Below are positions 37,737-47,862 of a DNA stretch of 64,000 bases, piece by piece. Below the pieces are notes generated by a model. It did not search any database and was not told the DNA's origin. It saw nothing but the letters and a program-made list of their open reading frames with translations. The stretch spans positions 13,374-77,373 of the forward strand of contig NZ_CALIZP010000090.1 of the NCBI RefSeq assembly GCF_938028825.1, read 5' to 3'. The DNA is from an uncultured Cardiobacterium sp. GTDB lineage: Bacteria > Pseudomonadota > Gammaproteobacteria > Cardiobacteriales > Cardiobacteriaceae. The translations under genes and the position numbers were made by a program. Each line of letters opens with the position of its first letter. Position 1 is the stretch's first letter.

Positions 37737-39953
37737 GTGAAAATCCCCCTGCCCAACGCCAACCTCGTCTCGACCTTGCCCGTCGTCCTCAGTATCAGCG
37801 CCGCCGCCCTCATCATCTGGATACTCGACATCCCGCACTACGCCATGCCGCTCATCCTCGGCGTCATCGCCGGCGGCCTCGCCGACCTCGACAACCGCCT
37901 GCGCGGGCGCATCAAAGACCTCGGCATCGTCCTCGCCGCCTTTGCCGCCACCTCGCTCACCGTGCAGCTCACCCTCAACCACAGCGCCGCCTACATCACC
38001 GCCATGCTGCTGATGACCTTCCTCCTCACCTACATGGGCGCTGCCGGGCTGCGCTACCGCACCATCGCCTTCGGCGGGCTGACCGTCGCCATCTACACCA
38101 CCCTCGCCTACAACCCCGCCCAGCCGTGGTACGCGAACCCTTTGCTCATCCTCGCCGGCGCCCTGCTTTACGGCGGCGGCGCGCTCATCGTGCAACTCGC
38201 CTTCCCGCACCGCCAGGTGCAGGAAAACATGGCCGCCGCCTACGCCGCGCTTGCCGACTACATCGACGCCAAAGCCTGCTACTTCGACCCGGACGACGGC
38301 GACTACGGCGGGCGGCAGCAGCGCCTCGCCCGCGCCAACACCGCCCTCATCCAGGCCTTCAACCAGTGCCGCAGCACCCTTTACTACCGCATGCGCGGCC
38401 AGCACCGCCACCCGCGCACCGCGCGCATGCTGCGCTACTACTTCGCCGCGCAGGACATCCACGAACGCATCAGCTCATCGCACATCGACTACCGCGAACT
38501 CGCGGAAAAACACGAACACAGCGACCTGCCCTACCGCTTCCTGCACCTCATCGAACGCCAGGCGGCGGCCTGCCGCGCCATCGCCGCCGCCCTGCACCGG
38601 AACACCGCCTGGCCCGGCGACCCCCGCCTCGACCGCGACAGCGACGGCCTCGCCCGCGCCCTGCAATACCACCTCGCGCAAGACCCCGCGCGTCGCCCAC
38701 TCGCGCGCCTGCTCGACAACCTGCGCAGCATCAACTACCAGCTCACCCACCTCGACACCGCGCAAGAAGACAACACCGACAGCACCATCGCCGCCCGTCA
38801 AGAACCCGGCCTGCGCGACATCCTGCCCGCCCTGCGCCGCCACCTCAGCTTCCGCTCGCCCGCCTACCGCCACGCCGTGCGCCTCAGCCTCGTCGTCCTC
38901 ACCTGCTGCCTCATCGTCGCCGCGCTGCACCTCGAACTCGGCTACTGGATCCTGCTCACCGCCATCTTCGTCTGCCAGCCGAACTACTCGGCGACCAAAA
39001 GCCGCGTCAACCAGCGCGTCCTCGGCACCATCCTCGGTGTCATCATCGGCTCCGTCGCGCCGCTCTTCACCCCGACAGTTGCCACCAAACTGTGGCTCAT
39101 CATCGCGAGCACCACCCTCTTCTTCTACTACCGCAACCGCAAATACAGCATCTCCACCCTCTTCATCACCGTGCAGGCCTTCACCAGCTTCTCGCTGGCA
39201 GGCTACGACCTCACCGCCGCCATCCCGCTACGCATCATCGACACCCTCATCGGCGTTGCCATCTCCTGGACCGCCGTTACCTACCTCTGGCCGGACTGGC
39301 GCTACCTGACCCTGGACAACACCGCGCGCACTGCCATCAAAAGCGACGCCGCCTACCTGCGCCACATCCTCGCCCAACTGCAAGCGAGCGGCAGCGACGA
39401 CGTTGCCTACCGCAGCATCCGCCGTGTTGCGCACGAAAACGCCGCCCAGCTCGGCAGCACCGTCTCCGACATCAGCAGCGAACCGCGCAAATACGCAAAC
39501 CAACTCGACAACGCCTTCAACCTGCTCAACCTCAACTACACCCTGCTTGCCTACATCTCGGCGCTCGGCGCCTACCGCAACAAGACCGGCTTGCCCGCCC
39601 CTGCGGAACAAACACACACCGCCGCCGGCGGTGCCTCCCCCGTGGCGGCGGGGCAAGAACAGGGCGCAGACACCGACCCGCTGCTGACCGCCTACTACCG
39701 CCTCGGCGCAGACATCGCCGGCCTGCTTGACCGCCTCGACACCCTCGACGCGGCCGCCTTCCGGACACAATACACCGCCATCCGCGCCGAACTTGATCGC
39801 CTGCGCCCGGACGAAAACAACCCGCAGGAACGGCACAGCATCCTGCGGCAACAACTGCTGATGATCAGCCGCATCATCGAACCCTGCTACCACGCCCTGC
39901 ACCCGCCGCACAAGAATCAGCCCGGTAAACACAGCCGCTGCAAACAGGACTGA
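37737..39953 (+). CDS. yccS: YccS/FUSC family inner membrane protein
   Basis: GLADLDNRL.GR, YFAAQDIHER, HAVRL, YWILLT..FVCQPNYSAT; GTG start inferred. Confidence 0.88.
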   Translation: MKIPLPNANLVSTLPVVLSISAAALIIWILDIPHYAMPLILGVIAGGLADLDNRLRGRIKDLGIVLAAFAATSLTVQLTLNHSAAYITAMLLMTFLLTYMGAAGLRYRTIAFGGLTVAIYTTLAYNPAQPWYANPLLILAGALLYGGGALIVQLAFPHRQVQENMAAAYAALADYIDAKACYFDPDDGDYGGRQQRLARANTALIQAFNQCRSTLYYRMRGQHRHPRTARMLRYYFAAQDIHERISSSHIDYRELAEKHEHSDLPYRFLHLIERQAAACRAIAAALHRNTAWPGDPRLDRDSDGLARALQYHLAQDPARRPLARLLDNLRSINYQLTHLDTAQEDNTDSTIAARQEPGLRDILPALRRHLSFRSPAYRHAVRLSLVVLTCCLIVAALHLELGYWILLTAIFVCQPNYSATKSRVNQRVLGTILGVIIGSVAPLFTPTVATKLWLIIASTTLFFYYRNRKYSISTLFITVQAFTSFSLAGYDLTAAIPLRIIDTLIGVAISWTAVTYLWPDWRYLTLDNTARTAIKSDAAYLRHILAQLQASGSDDVAYRSIRRVAHENAAQLGSTVSDISSEPRKYANQLDNAFNLLNLNYTLLAYISALGAYRNKTGLPAPAEQTHTAAGGASPVAAGQEQGADTDPLLTAYYRLGADIAGLLDRLDTLDAAAFRTQYTAIRAELDRLRPDENNPQERHSILRQQLLMISRIIEPCYHALHPPHKNQPGKHSRCKQD

Positions 39954-40121
39954 TACCGGAAGCAACAAACGGCCGCCCGCCCCGCGAACCCTGCTTTATT
40001 TCCTGGTGTGGATATGAGACGAGGTGGCGATGGCGATGGGCGGCATGGCGGGCAACCGCCGCAGGTGAACGCCGGGGCGGGAAGGGCTATGATTGCCGCC
40101 TTTTCCCGACCGGCCGTTCCC

Positions 40122-41726
40122 ATGCCCACACCCCGCTTCTTCCAGTCTGCCGCCATTTATGCCGACCGCCGCGCCATCAGTCTGTTTTTCCTCGGCTTTG
40201 CCGCCGGGCTGCCGTTTCTCCTGATTTTTTCCAGCCTCTCCATCTGGCTGAATGAAGCGGGCGTCACGCGCGGCACCGTGACCCGTTTCAGCTGGGCGGC
40301 GCTCGCTTATTCCTGCAAGTTCATCTGGTCACCGCTCATCGATACCCTGCCGCTGCCGTTTCTGACCCGCCGCCTCGGGCGGCGTCGTGCCTGGCTGGCA
40401 GCGGCGCAATGCGTGGTCATCGCCGCCATTTGCCTGATGGCGCTCATCAATCCCGCCGATGGCGAGGCGCTGCCGCTGATGGCGCTCGCCGCCGTCCTCC
40501 TCGGCTTTGCGGCGGCGACGCAGGATATTGTGATTGACGCCTACCGCATTGAAGCGGCGGCAGGCGACAGTGCGATGCAGGCGGCGATGGCGGCGACGTA
40601 CACGGCGGGCTACCGCTGCGGCATGATTGTTTCCGGCGCGGGCGCGCTGCTGCTGGCGACCTGGTTCGGCTCGACCATGCAGCATTACGATTACGCCGCC
40701 TGGCGGGCGACGTATTTCTGCATGGCGGCGGTGATGGGTATCGGCCTCGCCACGACCTTCACCTTGCGCGAGCCGCCCGCGTCAAGCGGCGTCAACACGT
40801 TGCGCCCCGCCGCCGACAATCTGCGCCTGCTCGCGCTCTTTGTGCTCGCCGTTATCGCGCTGATCGCCGCTTACCGCCTGCTCGGCGCCCTGCCCGCCGC
40901 CGCCAGCGTGCTCGGCGGTTTTCTGCGCGAGAGTCTGCGTCTTCTCGGCGGGCTGGCGGCAGCGGCAGCGGTCGGTGCGCTGTGCGTGCGCGCCGGGCTG
41001 GTCAGCCGCGCGCTGGCGTGGCAGACGTGGCTGGAACCCGTCGCCGATTTTTTCCGCCGCTACGGGCGCGTGGCGGTGTTACTCCTGGCGCTTATCGGCC
41101 TTTATCGCAGCACAGATATTGTTTCCGGTGCCATCAGCAACGTGTTCTATCAGGACTTGGGCTATAGCAAGACGGAAATCGCCAGTGCGGTGAAGGTTTT
41201 TGGCGTGGTGATGACGCTGGTGGGCGGCTTTCTCGGCGGGATGCTGGCGCAGCGTTATGCGCTGATGCGGATGATGATGCTCGGCGCGCTGCTCACCGTC
41301 GGCACCAACCTGCTCTTCATCCTGCTCGCCCGGTACGGCGACAAGTCGCTGCTCGCCGCCGCGCAGGGGCTGCCCGCCCTGCCGCCGCTGCAAGAGGTGA
41401 TTCATGCCGTGCAGACGGGTGTCGCCGCCGCTTTCCGCAGCGACAACCGGCTGCTTTACGGCGTGGTCGGCTTCGACAACCTCGCGGCGGGGCTGGCCAG
41501 CTCGGTCTTCGTCGCCTTTTTGTCGTCGCTGACCAGCGTCCGCTTCACCGCCGTGCAGTACGCCATTTTCAGCTCGCTGATGACTCTCTTGCCGAAAACG
41601 CTCGGCGGCTATTCCGGCAGTATCGTCACCGCCGTCGGCTATCCCGCCTTTTTCCTGATTACCTCGCTGATCGGCGTGCCGGTGCTGCTGCTGGTGTATT
41701 GGGCGGAACGGCGGCTGCGCCCGTGA
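40122..41726 (+). CDS. ampG: AmpG-family muropeptide MFS permease
   Basis: LGFAAGLPF, KFIWSPLID, ATQDIVIDAYRIE, TAVQYAIFSS. Confidence 0.9.
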   Translation: MPTPRFFQSAAIYADRRAISLFFLGFAAGLPFLLIFSSLSIWLNEAGVTRGTVTRFSWAALAYSCKFIWSPLIDTLPLPFLTRRLGRRRAWLAAAQCVVIAAICLMALINPADGEALPLMALAAVLLGFAAATQDIVIDAYRIEAAAGDSAMQAAMAATYTAGYRCGMIVSGAGALLLATWFGSTMQHYDYAAWRATYFCMAAVMGIGLATTFTLREPPASSGVNTLRPAADNLRLLALFVLAVIALIAAYRLLGALPAAASVLGGFLRESLRLLGGLAAAAAVGALCVRAGLVSRALAWQTWLEPVADFFRRYGRVAVLLLALIGLYRSTDIVSGAISNVFYQDLGYSKTEIASAVKVFGVVMTLVGGFLGGMLAQRYALMRMMMLGALLTVGTNLLFILLARYGDKSLLAAAQGLPALPPLQEVIHAVQTGVAAAFRSDNRLLYGVVGFDNLAAGLASSVFVAFLSSLTSVRFTAVQYAIFSSLMTLLPKTLGGYSGSIVTAVGYPAFFLITSLIGVPVLLLVYWAERRLRP

Positions 41727-41851
41727 TGCGAGCCCGGAAAAGCATCCGGAACACCGGACCCGCCAAGCGGCATCCATGCCGCGTCAGGCCGTGTGGGTTT
41801 CGGCAGGGCGCGGCGATACAATAGCCGCCCCTTTCTTCATCCCGCCTGCCC

Positions 41852-42823
41852 ATGAACCTCATCCGCCGCCTGCGTCTCGACCCTTTCCTCATGATGATCC
41901 TGCTGATGGTGCTGGCCGCGACCATCGTCCCCGCGCAAGGCATCGGCAAGACGTTCTTCAAGCACCTCACCACCGCCGCCATCGCCCTGCTCTTTTTCAT
42001 GCACGGCGCCAAGCTCTCGCGCGAGGCCATCCTCGCCGGCGTCGGCCACTGGCGGCTGCACACACTGGTGCTGGCGACGACCTTCATCCTCTTCCCGCTG
42101 CTCGGCCTCGCCCTCTACCCGCTGACGCCGTCGGTCATCCCGCCCGACATCTACCAGGGCTTCCTCTACCTCTGCGCCCTGCCCGCCACGGTGCAATCCG
42201 CCATCGCCTTCACGTCCGTCGCGCGCGGCAACATCGCCGCCGCCGTGTGCAGCGCTGCGCTTTCCAGCCTGCTCGGCGTCTTCCTCTCGCCTGTGCTCGT
42301 CGGCCTGCTCCTCAGCGCGCAGGGGCAGACGGATTTGTTCCATTCGGTGCAGGCGGTGATGCTGCAACTGCTGCTGCCCTTCGTCCTCGGCCATCTCGCG
42401 CGCCCGTGGCTCGCCGCCTGGATCAGCAAGAACCGCCGCCTGATCAAAATCACCGACCAGTCCTCCATCCTGCTCGTCGTCTATACCGCGTTCAGCGAGG
42501 CGGTGCTGGAAGGCATCTGGGGCAAGGTGAGCGTGGCGACGCTTGTCCTCATCGCCGTCGTTTCCTGCGTGCTGCTCGCCATCGTCCTCGCCTTCACCAC
42601 ATACAGCGCCCGCGCGCTGGGTTTCAGCAAGGAAGACGAAATCACCATCGTCTTCTGCGGCTCGAAAAAAAGCCTCGCCAACGGCATCCCGATGGCGAAC
42701 ATCCTTTTCCCGCCCGCAGCCGTCGGCATCCTTGTGCTGCCGCTGATGCTCTTCCACCAGATTCAGCTGATGGTCTGCGCGGTGCTGGCACAACGCTACG
42801 CCCGCCGCCCGCAAGAGGACTGA
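41852..42823 (+). CDS. Bile acid:sodium symporter family (YfeH/SBF-like)
   Basis: FFMHGAKLS, LPATVQSAIAFTS.ARGN, FCGSKKSLA. Confidence 0.9.
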   Translation: MNLIRRLRLDPFLMMILLMVLAATIVPAQGIGKTFFKHLTTAAIALLFFMHGAKLSREAILAGVGHWRLHTLVLATTFILFPLLGLALYPLTPSVIPPDIYQGFLYLCALPATVQSAIAFTSVARGNIAAAVCSAALSSLLGVFLSPVLVGLLLSAQGQTDLFHSVQAVMLQLLLPFVLGHLARPWLAAWISKNRRLIKITDQSSILLVVYTAFSEAVLEGIWGKVSVATLVLIAVVSCVLLAIVLAFTTYSARALGFSKEDEITIVFCGSKKSLANGIPMANILFPPAAVGILVLPLMLFHQIQLMVCAVLAQRYARRPQED

Positions 42824-42824
42824 C

Positions 42825-43688
42825 ATGACCTACCTCGCCCGCATTCAACAGCTCAACAGCGCCAACCCCGCCGCATACCGCCCGCTCATCCTCGACGGCG
42901 ACGCCGTCGGCCTCATTTGGGAGAACAACCTCGACCGCCTGCGCGCGCACGGCATCGGGCTGCGCGCGGAAGACACGCACTACGTTTGGGACGCCCCCGC
43001 CGACTTCGCCGCGCGCAACCGCCTGCTCGCCAACCTCGCCGCCGCCCTTTACCGCAGCGGCTACATCAGCGGCTGGCGCGACGAAAAACTGCCGCTGCTC
43101 GCCGGCCTGCATCATCCCGTCCGCGCCCTCATCGAGCGCGCCGCTGCGCCGGTGCTGGGCGTTTGCGGCTATGGCGTGCATGTGAACGGCATCACCGAAC
43201 GCGGCGGCGTACCGCATCTGTGGATTGCGCGCCGCGCGGCAAGCAAATCCGTCGAACCGGGCAAACTTGACCAGATCGCCGCCGGCGGCATCCCGCACGG
43301 CATCGGCATCTTCGCCAACCTCATCAAGGAAAGCGCGGAAGAAGCCGCCATCCCCGAAACGCTGGCGCGGCAGGCGCGCCCCGTCGGCACCATCAGCTAC
43401 ACCGCGCAGACCGCAAGCGGCATCCGCGCCGACCTGCTCTACCTCTACGACCTGCACCTGCCGCCCGATTTCCGCCCGGAAAACCGCGACGGTGAAGTCG
43501 GCGAATTCCTCTGCCTGCCGCTGGACGAAGTCGCCCGCCTGGTGCGCGACACGGAAGACTTCAAGCTCAATTCCGCCGTGGTCGTCATCGACTACCTCAT
43601 CCGCCACGGCTACCTCAACCCGGACGACACCCCCGATTACCCCGCCCTCTGCCGCGAGATCCGCCAAATCCACCCGCTGCTGCGATAA
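42825..43688 (+). CDS. NUDIX hydrolase with DUF4743 N-terminal domain
   Basis: GWRDE, YGVHVNG, LDQIAAGG, KESAEEA, DGEV, FKLN. Confidence 0.85.
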   Translation: MTYLARIQQLNSANPAAYRPLILDGDAVGLIWENNLDRLRAHGIGLRAEDTHYVWDAPADFAARNRLLANLAAALYRSGYISGWRDEKLPLLAGLHHPVRALIERAAAPVLGVCGYGVHVNGITERGGVPHLWIARRAASKSVEPGKLDQIAAGGIPHGIGIFANLIKESAEEAAIPETLARQARPVGTISYTAQTASGIRADLLYLYDLHLPPDFRPENRDGEVGEFLCLPLDEVARLVRDTEDFKLNSAVVVIDYLIRHGYLNPDDTPDYPALCREIRQIHPLLR

Positions 43689-43689
43689 A

Positions 43690-43812
43690 ACCTGCCATGC
43701 CGACAACCCCGCTTCGGCGCGGGTGATTGAGAAAAACGGCGGCGAACTGCGGGACACCGTCAGTTACGAAGGAAAACGCCTCCGCCGCTACCGCATCCGC
43801 CGCGCCGGATAA
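43690..43812 (+). pseudogene. C-terminal remnant of a GNAT acetyltransferase
   Basis: TCHADNPASARVIEKNGGEL...RRYRI*, with no start codon or RBS. Confidence 0.7.
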
Positions 43813-43879
43813 CCGCCGTTGCATCCGCTAACTGTCTATAACAAAAACAAAAACCTAGCAAAAGATTGTGGCTGATGCC

Positions 43880-43907
43880 TTGCATCGGAAAAATTATTTG
43901 GCATAAT
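43880..43907 (+). promoter_or_regulatory. Sigma70 promoter of the tRNA-Lys cluster
   Basis: TTGCAT-16 bp-CATAAT plus GC-rich discriminator GCGCGCC. Confidence 0.7.
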
Positions 43908-43921
43908 GCGCGCCCTCGAAC

Positions 43922-43996
43922 GGGTCGTTAGCTCAGTGGTAGAGCAGTTGGCTTTTAACCAATTGGTCGAAGGTTCGAATCCTTCACGACCCACCA
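43922..43996 (+). tRNA. tRNA-Lys (TTT)
   Basis: GGGTCGTTAGCTCAG...TTGG-CT-TTT-AA-CCAA...CGACCCACCA. Confidence 0.97.
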
Positions 43997-44024
43997 TTCA
44001 TTCCTCCTTTATCTTTTACCCTGC

Positions 44025-44099
44025 GGGTCGTTAGCTCAGTGGTAGAGCAGTTGGCTTTTAACCAATTGGTCGAAGGTTCGAACCCTTCACGACCCACCA
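44025..44099 (+). tRNA. tRNA-Lys (TTT), second copy
   Basis: Near-identical to 43922-43996, one T-loop difference. Confidence 0.97.
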
Positions 44100-44111
44100 C
44101 CGCTTTCAAAC

Positions 44112-44187
44112 GGGCCGTTAGCTCAGTTGGTAGAGCAGTTGACTCTTAATCAATCGGTCAAAGGTTCGAGTCCTTTACGGCCCACCA
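44112..44187 (+). tRNA. tRNA-Lys (CTT)
   Basis: Anticodon arm GTTGA-CT-CTT-AA-TCAAT; CCA end. Confidence 0.95.
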
Positions 44188-44214
44188 GTTTCTCCTTCAA
44201 TCTCCTTGTTGAGG

Positions 44215-44240
44215 TGCCGCGTTTTCGACGCGGCTTTTTT
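44215..44240 (+). terminator. Terminator of the tRNA-Lys cluster
   Basis: GCCGCGT-TTTCG-ACGCGGC-TTTTT. Confidence 0.8.
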
Positions 44241-44321
44241 ATGCCCGTTTGCCGGTACGCCGCCGGTGCTGCGGCAACAAACGGCGGGACTGTCCGCCTG
44301 CTGCATGGCGGCGGGGGTTTT

Positions 44322-44394
44322 TATAGTCGTCTCAAACGGTAATGATGCGGTGTTGCCTCACCGCCTTGCCTCATGCCTGCTTGCAACGGCTCCA
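44322..44394 (-). mobile_element. Internally deleted Correia-like MITE
   Basis: TATAGTCGTCTCAAACGG...CGGTGTTG...CCGCCTTGCCTCATGCCTGCTTG. Confidence 0.7.
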
Positions 44395-44401
44395 TTTCCC
44401 G

Positions 44402-46297
44402 TCAGGTCTTGTCGTTTTCTGCCGCTTGCAGCGCTTCGGCAGCGGTGAGCCAGTCCGCTTCTGCCCGGGCAAGGGCTTGCTGGGCGGCGCTTTCGGCGGC
44501 AAGGGTTTCTTTCAGGCGGTCTTTGTTGGCAGCGTCGTAAAGCGCAGCGTCAGCGAGGGCGGTTTTGTGTTTCGCCAGGGCTTTTTCAGCAGTCGCGACG
44601 GCTTTTTCAGCGGCTTCGAGCGCCTGTTTGAGCGGGCGCAAACGGCTGCGGCGCTCGGCATCAAGGCGTTTTTGTTCCTGGCGGTTGGGGGTGCTGTCGG
44701 TATTTGTGGTGTTTTTGGTAGCAGCGCTGTTTTGTTCGTTGAGGTAGCGGTGATAGTCGTCGAGGTCGCCGTCGAAAGGTTGCAATTTGCCGTCAGCGAC
44801 GAGGCGAAATTCGTCACAGGTGGCGCGCAGCAGGCTGCGGTCGTGCGAGATGATGAGCATGGCGCCGTCGTAGTTTTGCAGCGCCAGGGTGAGGGCATCG
44901 CGCATGGCGAGGTCGAGGTGGTTGGTAGGTTCGTCAAGCAGCAGCAGGTTCGGGCGCTGCGCGATGATGAGGGCGAGGGCAAGGCGCGCTTTTTCGCCGC
45001 CTGAGTTGCGCCCGACCGGGGCATCGGCTTTGTCGCCGTGGTAACCGTAACCGCCGAGGTAGTTGCGGTGCTCTTGTTCGGTTTTATCCGGCTGGATTTG
45101 TTGCAGGTGCCAGAGGGCGCTGTTTTCGCCGCGCAAGGCGTCGATTTGGTGCTGGGTGAAGTAGCCGATGCGGGTGTTTTTGTGGGTGTCGATGCTCCCG
45201 GCAAGCGGCGGCAGGACGCCGGCAAGTCCTTTCATCAGGGTACTTTTGCCCGCGCCGTTGCGCCCGAGGATGCCGATGCGCGCATCGGCGGCGATGCGCA
45301 GGCGGATGCCGCTGAGGATGGGTTTGCCGCCGTAGCCGAGGGCGAGGGCGTCTGCATTCAGCATGGGGTTGGGGTGGTGTTCGGCGCTCTGGAATTGCAG
45401 GCGGTAATCGGCTTCCGGCGGCGGGGGCGGGGCGGCGTCGAGTTTTTCGAGGGCTTTGAGGCGGCTTTGTGCTTGCCGCGCTTTGGTCGCTTTGGCGCGG
45501 AAGCGGTCGATGTAGGCTTGCAGGTGGGCGCGGCTGCGCGCCTGTTTTTGGTATTCGGCGTCGGCTTGCAGGCGTTGTTCGTGGCGCAGGCGTTCAAAGT
45601 CGCTGTAATTGCCGGTGTAGGCAGTGAGGCGCTGGTTTTCGATGTTGAGGATGCGGGTGCAGAGGGCGTCAAGGAATTCGCGGTCGTGAGCGATGATGAT
45701 TTGGGTGACGGGCAGGGTTTTGAGGTAGTCCTGCAACCAGATGATGGCGTCAAGGTCGAGGTGGTTGGTGGGTTCGTCGAGTAGTAAGAGTTCAACCGGG
45801 GCGATGAGAGCGCGGGCGAGGTTGAGGCGCATCCGCCAGCCGCCGGAGTAGCTGGCGACAGAGCGCTGTTGTTCGTCCGGCGGGAAGCCGAGACCAGCGA
45901 GGAGTTCGCTGGCACGCGCGGGTTGGGCGTAGCCGTCGCAAGCGGCGAGTTGTTCGTGCGCTTTGGCAATGGCGTGACCGTCGCCGCTCGCTTCGGCGGC
46001 AGCGATAGCGGCAAGGGCAGCCTGGTAGGGGGCATGTCCGGCGAGGACGTAGTCATGGGCGCTGTCGGGCAGCGCCGGGGTTTCCTGGGCGACACTGGCG
46101 ATGCGCCAGTCGGGCGGCAGGCGGTAGTTGCCGCTGTCGGGTTCGAGATCGTGGCGCAGGAGGGCGAGCAGGGTGCTTTTGCCGCTGCCGTTGCGACCGG
46201 TGAGGCCGACGCGCTGGCCGGGGTGAATGCGGGCATCGGCGTCTTCGATGAGGTTTTTGCCGTTGCGCGACAGGGTGAGGTGGTTGAGTTCGATCAT
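44402..46297 (-). CDS. yheS: ABC-F family ATPase (YheS-like)
   Basis: Two NBDs (GRNGSGKS, SGGWRMR; GRNGAGKS, SGGEKAR), no TM domain; ATGA overlap with the upstream gene. Confidence 0.88.
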   Translation of the reverse strand: MIELNHLTLSRNGKNLIEDADARIHPGQRVGLTGRNGSGKSTLLALLRHDLEPDSGNYRLPPDWRIASVAQETPALPDSAHDYVLAGHAPYQAALAAIAAAEASGDGHAIAKAHEQLAACDGYAQPARASELLAGLGFPPDEQQRSVASYSGGWRMRLNLARALIAPVELLLLDEPTNHLDLDAIIWLQDYLKTLPVTQIIIAHDREFLDALCTRILNIENQRLTAYTGNYSDFERLRHEQRLQADAEYQKQARSRAHLQAYIDRFRAKATKARQAQSRLKALEKLDAAPPPPPEADYRLQFQSAEHHPNPMLNADALALGYGGKPILSGIRLRIAADARIGILGRNGAGKSTLMKGLAGVLPPLAGSIDTHKNTRIGYFTQHQIDALRGENSALWHLQQIQPDKTEQEHRNYLGGYGYHGDKADAPVGRNSGGEKARLALALIIAQRPNLLLLDEPTNHLDLAMRDALTLALQNYDGAMLIISHDRSLLRATCDEFRLVADGKLQPFDGDLDDYHRYLNEQNSAATKNTTNTDSTPNRQEQKRLDAERRSRLRPLKQALEAAEKAVATAEKALAKHKTALADAALYDAANKDRLKETLAAESAAQQALARAEADWLTAAEALQAAENDKT

Positions 46298-46851
46298 GGT
46301 GCGGTCAGCCATTCTATGCCCGGCAGTTCGCCGAGCGCTTGCGGAAAGAGGTAGTCGCCGCCGAGGAGCGGCAAGTCGATGTGGCGCCAGCGCGCGTGGA
46401 TATCGGGACGCAGGATGGTGAGGGCATCGTGGATGAGGGTGGTGCAGTAGTTGGGGTTCTTTTCGCGGGGAACAAGGCGGAAGGGTTCGCCGAGACGCGC
46501 GGCGGCCTGGGTGGCGATGGCACGGCGTTCGTCTGCACTCAAAAAGGCGGGGCGAGCGACAGCGGTTTTGTCGGCGATTGCCGGCGCGGTGTAGGCGGCG
46601 TAATCGCTTTCGATGATTTGGTTCGGGTGGGTGGGGTCGTCGTCGGTGGTGGCGTGGGTGATGCGGACTGTCGGTTCAACGGCGGTCACGATGCCGATAT
46701 GGGAGTGTTCGCCGTGGTCGATCTCGCGGATGATGGCACTTTCGCGGCCAGTGCCGGCGCGGAATACCCAATCGCCCACGGCGATATCAGGCGGGGGGTC
46801 GGCAGCAAGGGCGGCAAGCGGCAGGAGGAGGAGCAGGAAGATGCGGGGCAT
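46294..46851 (-). CDS. Exported permuted papain-like amidase (YiiX/YebB/YaeF NlpC/P60 family)
   Basis: Signal peptide ALA-A; GDWVFR, SHIGIV, THAT, YCTTLI (His before Cys, the permuted order). Confidence 0.85.
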   Translation of the reverse strand: MPRIFLLLLLPLAALAADPPPDIAVGDWVFRAGTGRESAIIREIDHGEHSHIGIVTAVEPTVRITHATTDDDPTHPNQIIESDYAAYTAPAIADKTAVARPAFLSADERRAIATQAAARLGEPFRLVPREKNPNYCTTLIHDALTILRPDIHARWRHIDLPLLGGDYLFPQALGELPGIEWLTAP

Positions 46852-46888
46852 GGTGTGTTTTGGGCGGCTTGCGCCGCCCGTTATTGTC

Positions 46889-47362
46889 TCAGTTGGGGGT
46901 GACTTTCCAGCCTTGTGGGGTTTTGCTGAGCGTGAAGGTCTCGCTACCAACCTCTGCGGTGGCACCGTCTTTTCTTTCGGCCTTCATGGTGACCACAACT
47001 TTGGCCTCGGTTTTCTTAGCATTGGTATAGGTGACTTCTCCCGCGTTAACGTGGATTTTGCCGTCATTTTCTTTGAGCGTTTTCTGTATGCCGGCGGCTT
47101 CGCTGACAATCATGTTTTTGAGCTGTTGTGTCAGTTGATTGACGTTTTTTTGGTATTCGGCTTCGCCCATTTCTTTTTTCAGCTGCGCGCTTTCTTCCGG
47201 GGTAATAATTTGCATGTGGCTGATGGCGGTATCGGCGTCGCCTTGCAGCAGGGCGGAGCCGAAAGCGGCGGCGACTGTGCCCGGGTCGTCGTTTGCTGCG
47301 GCATGAGCGAAGGTGATGAGGGCGGCAAGGCCGAGGATGAGGCTGCGGATAGTGTTTTTCAT
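46889..47362 (-). CDS. DUF4878-like exported protein, array member 6 (SPI signal)
   Basis: AHA-A; F..ALLQGD, VTYTNAKKTEAKV, LSKTPQGWKV. Confidence 0.8.
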   Translation of the reverse strand: MKNTIRSLILGLAALITFAHAAANDDPGTVAAAFGSALLQGDADTAISHMQIITPEESAQLKKEMGEAEYQKNVNQLTQQLKNMIVSEAAGIQKTLKENDGKIHVNAGEVTYTNAKKTEAKVVVTMKAERKDGATAEVGSETFTLSKTPQGWKVTPN

Positions 47363-47401
47363 GGCGACTCTTTGGTTTGGGATGGGATAGTGTCTTGAGG
47401 T

Positions 47402-47824
47402 TTAGTGCAGTTGTATTTTCCAGCCTTTGTCTGTCTTGATGAGGTCGAGCGTCTCCTTATCTTCTTCAGTTTTGCCGCTTTTATCGCTCATCTTGAGGGT
47501 GACAGGGACTTTCGCTTCAGTCTTGGCTGCATTGGTATAGGTGGGTTCGCCGCTGACGACGGTGATGCTGCCACCTTCTTTTTTAATTTCTTCACGCAAT
47601 TCCATCGATATCACACCAAGTTTACCGCGCATGACTTGTTCGGTGATGCCCTGTTGCTCGGCTTCGGGCGGCAGATAGGTGACGGCGGCAGCTTTACTGG
47701 CATCACCGTTAATGAGGGATTCGAAGAAGGTTTGCGCGGTTTCTTTCGGGCCTGCGGCGGCGTAGGCGATCGTTGCAGCAGCGGCGGTAAGGCCAAGCAG
47801 CAGGGTGCGGATGAGTTTTTTCAT
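47402..47824 (-). CDS. DUF4878-like exported protein, array member 5 (SPI signal)
   Basis: AYA-A; GPKETAQTFF, YTNAAKTEAKV, LIKTDKGWKI. Confidence 0.8.
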   Translation of the reverse strand: MKKLIRTLLLGLTAAAATIAYAAAGPKETAQTFFESLINGDASKAAAVTYLPPEAEQQGITEQVMRGKLGVISMELREEIKKEGGSITVVSGEPTYTNAAKTEAKVPVTLKMSDKSGKTEEDKETLDLIKTDKGWKIQLH

Positions 47825-47862
47825 GGGATTACTCCTGGTAAATGAAGGGATGGTTAACGGGG

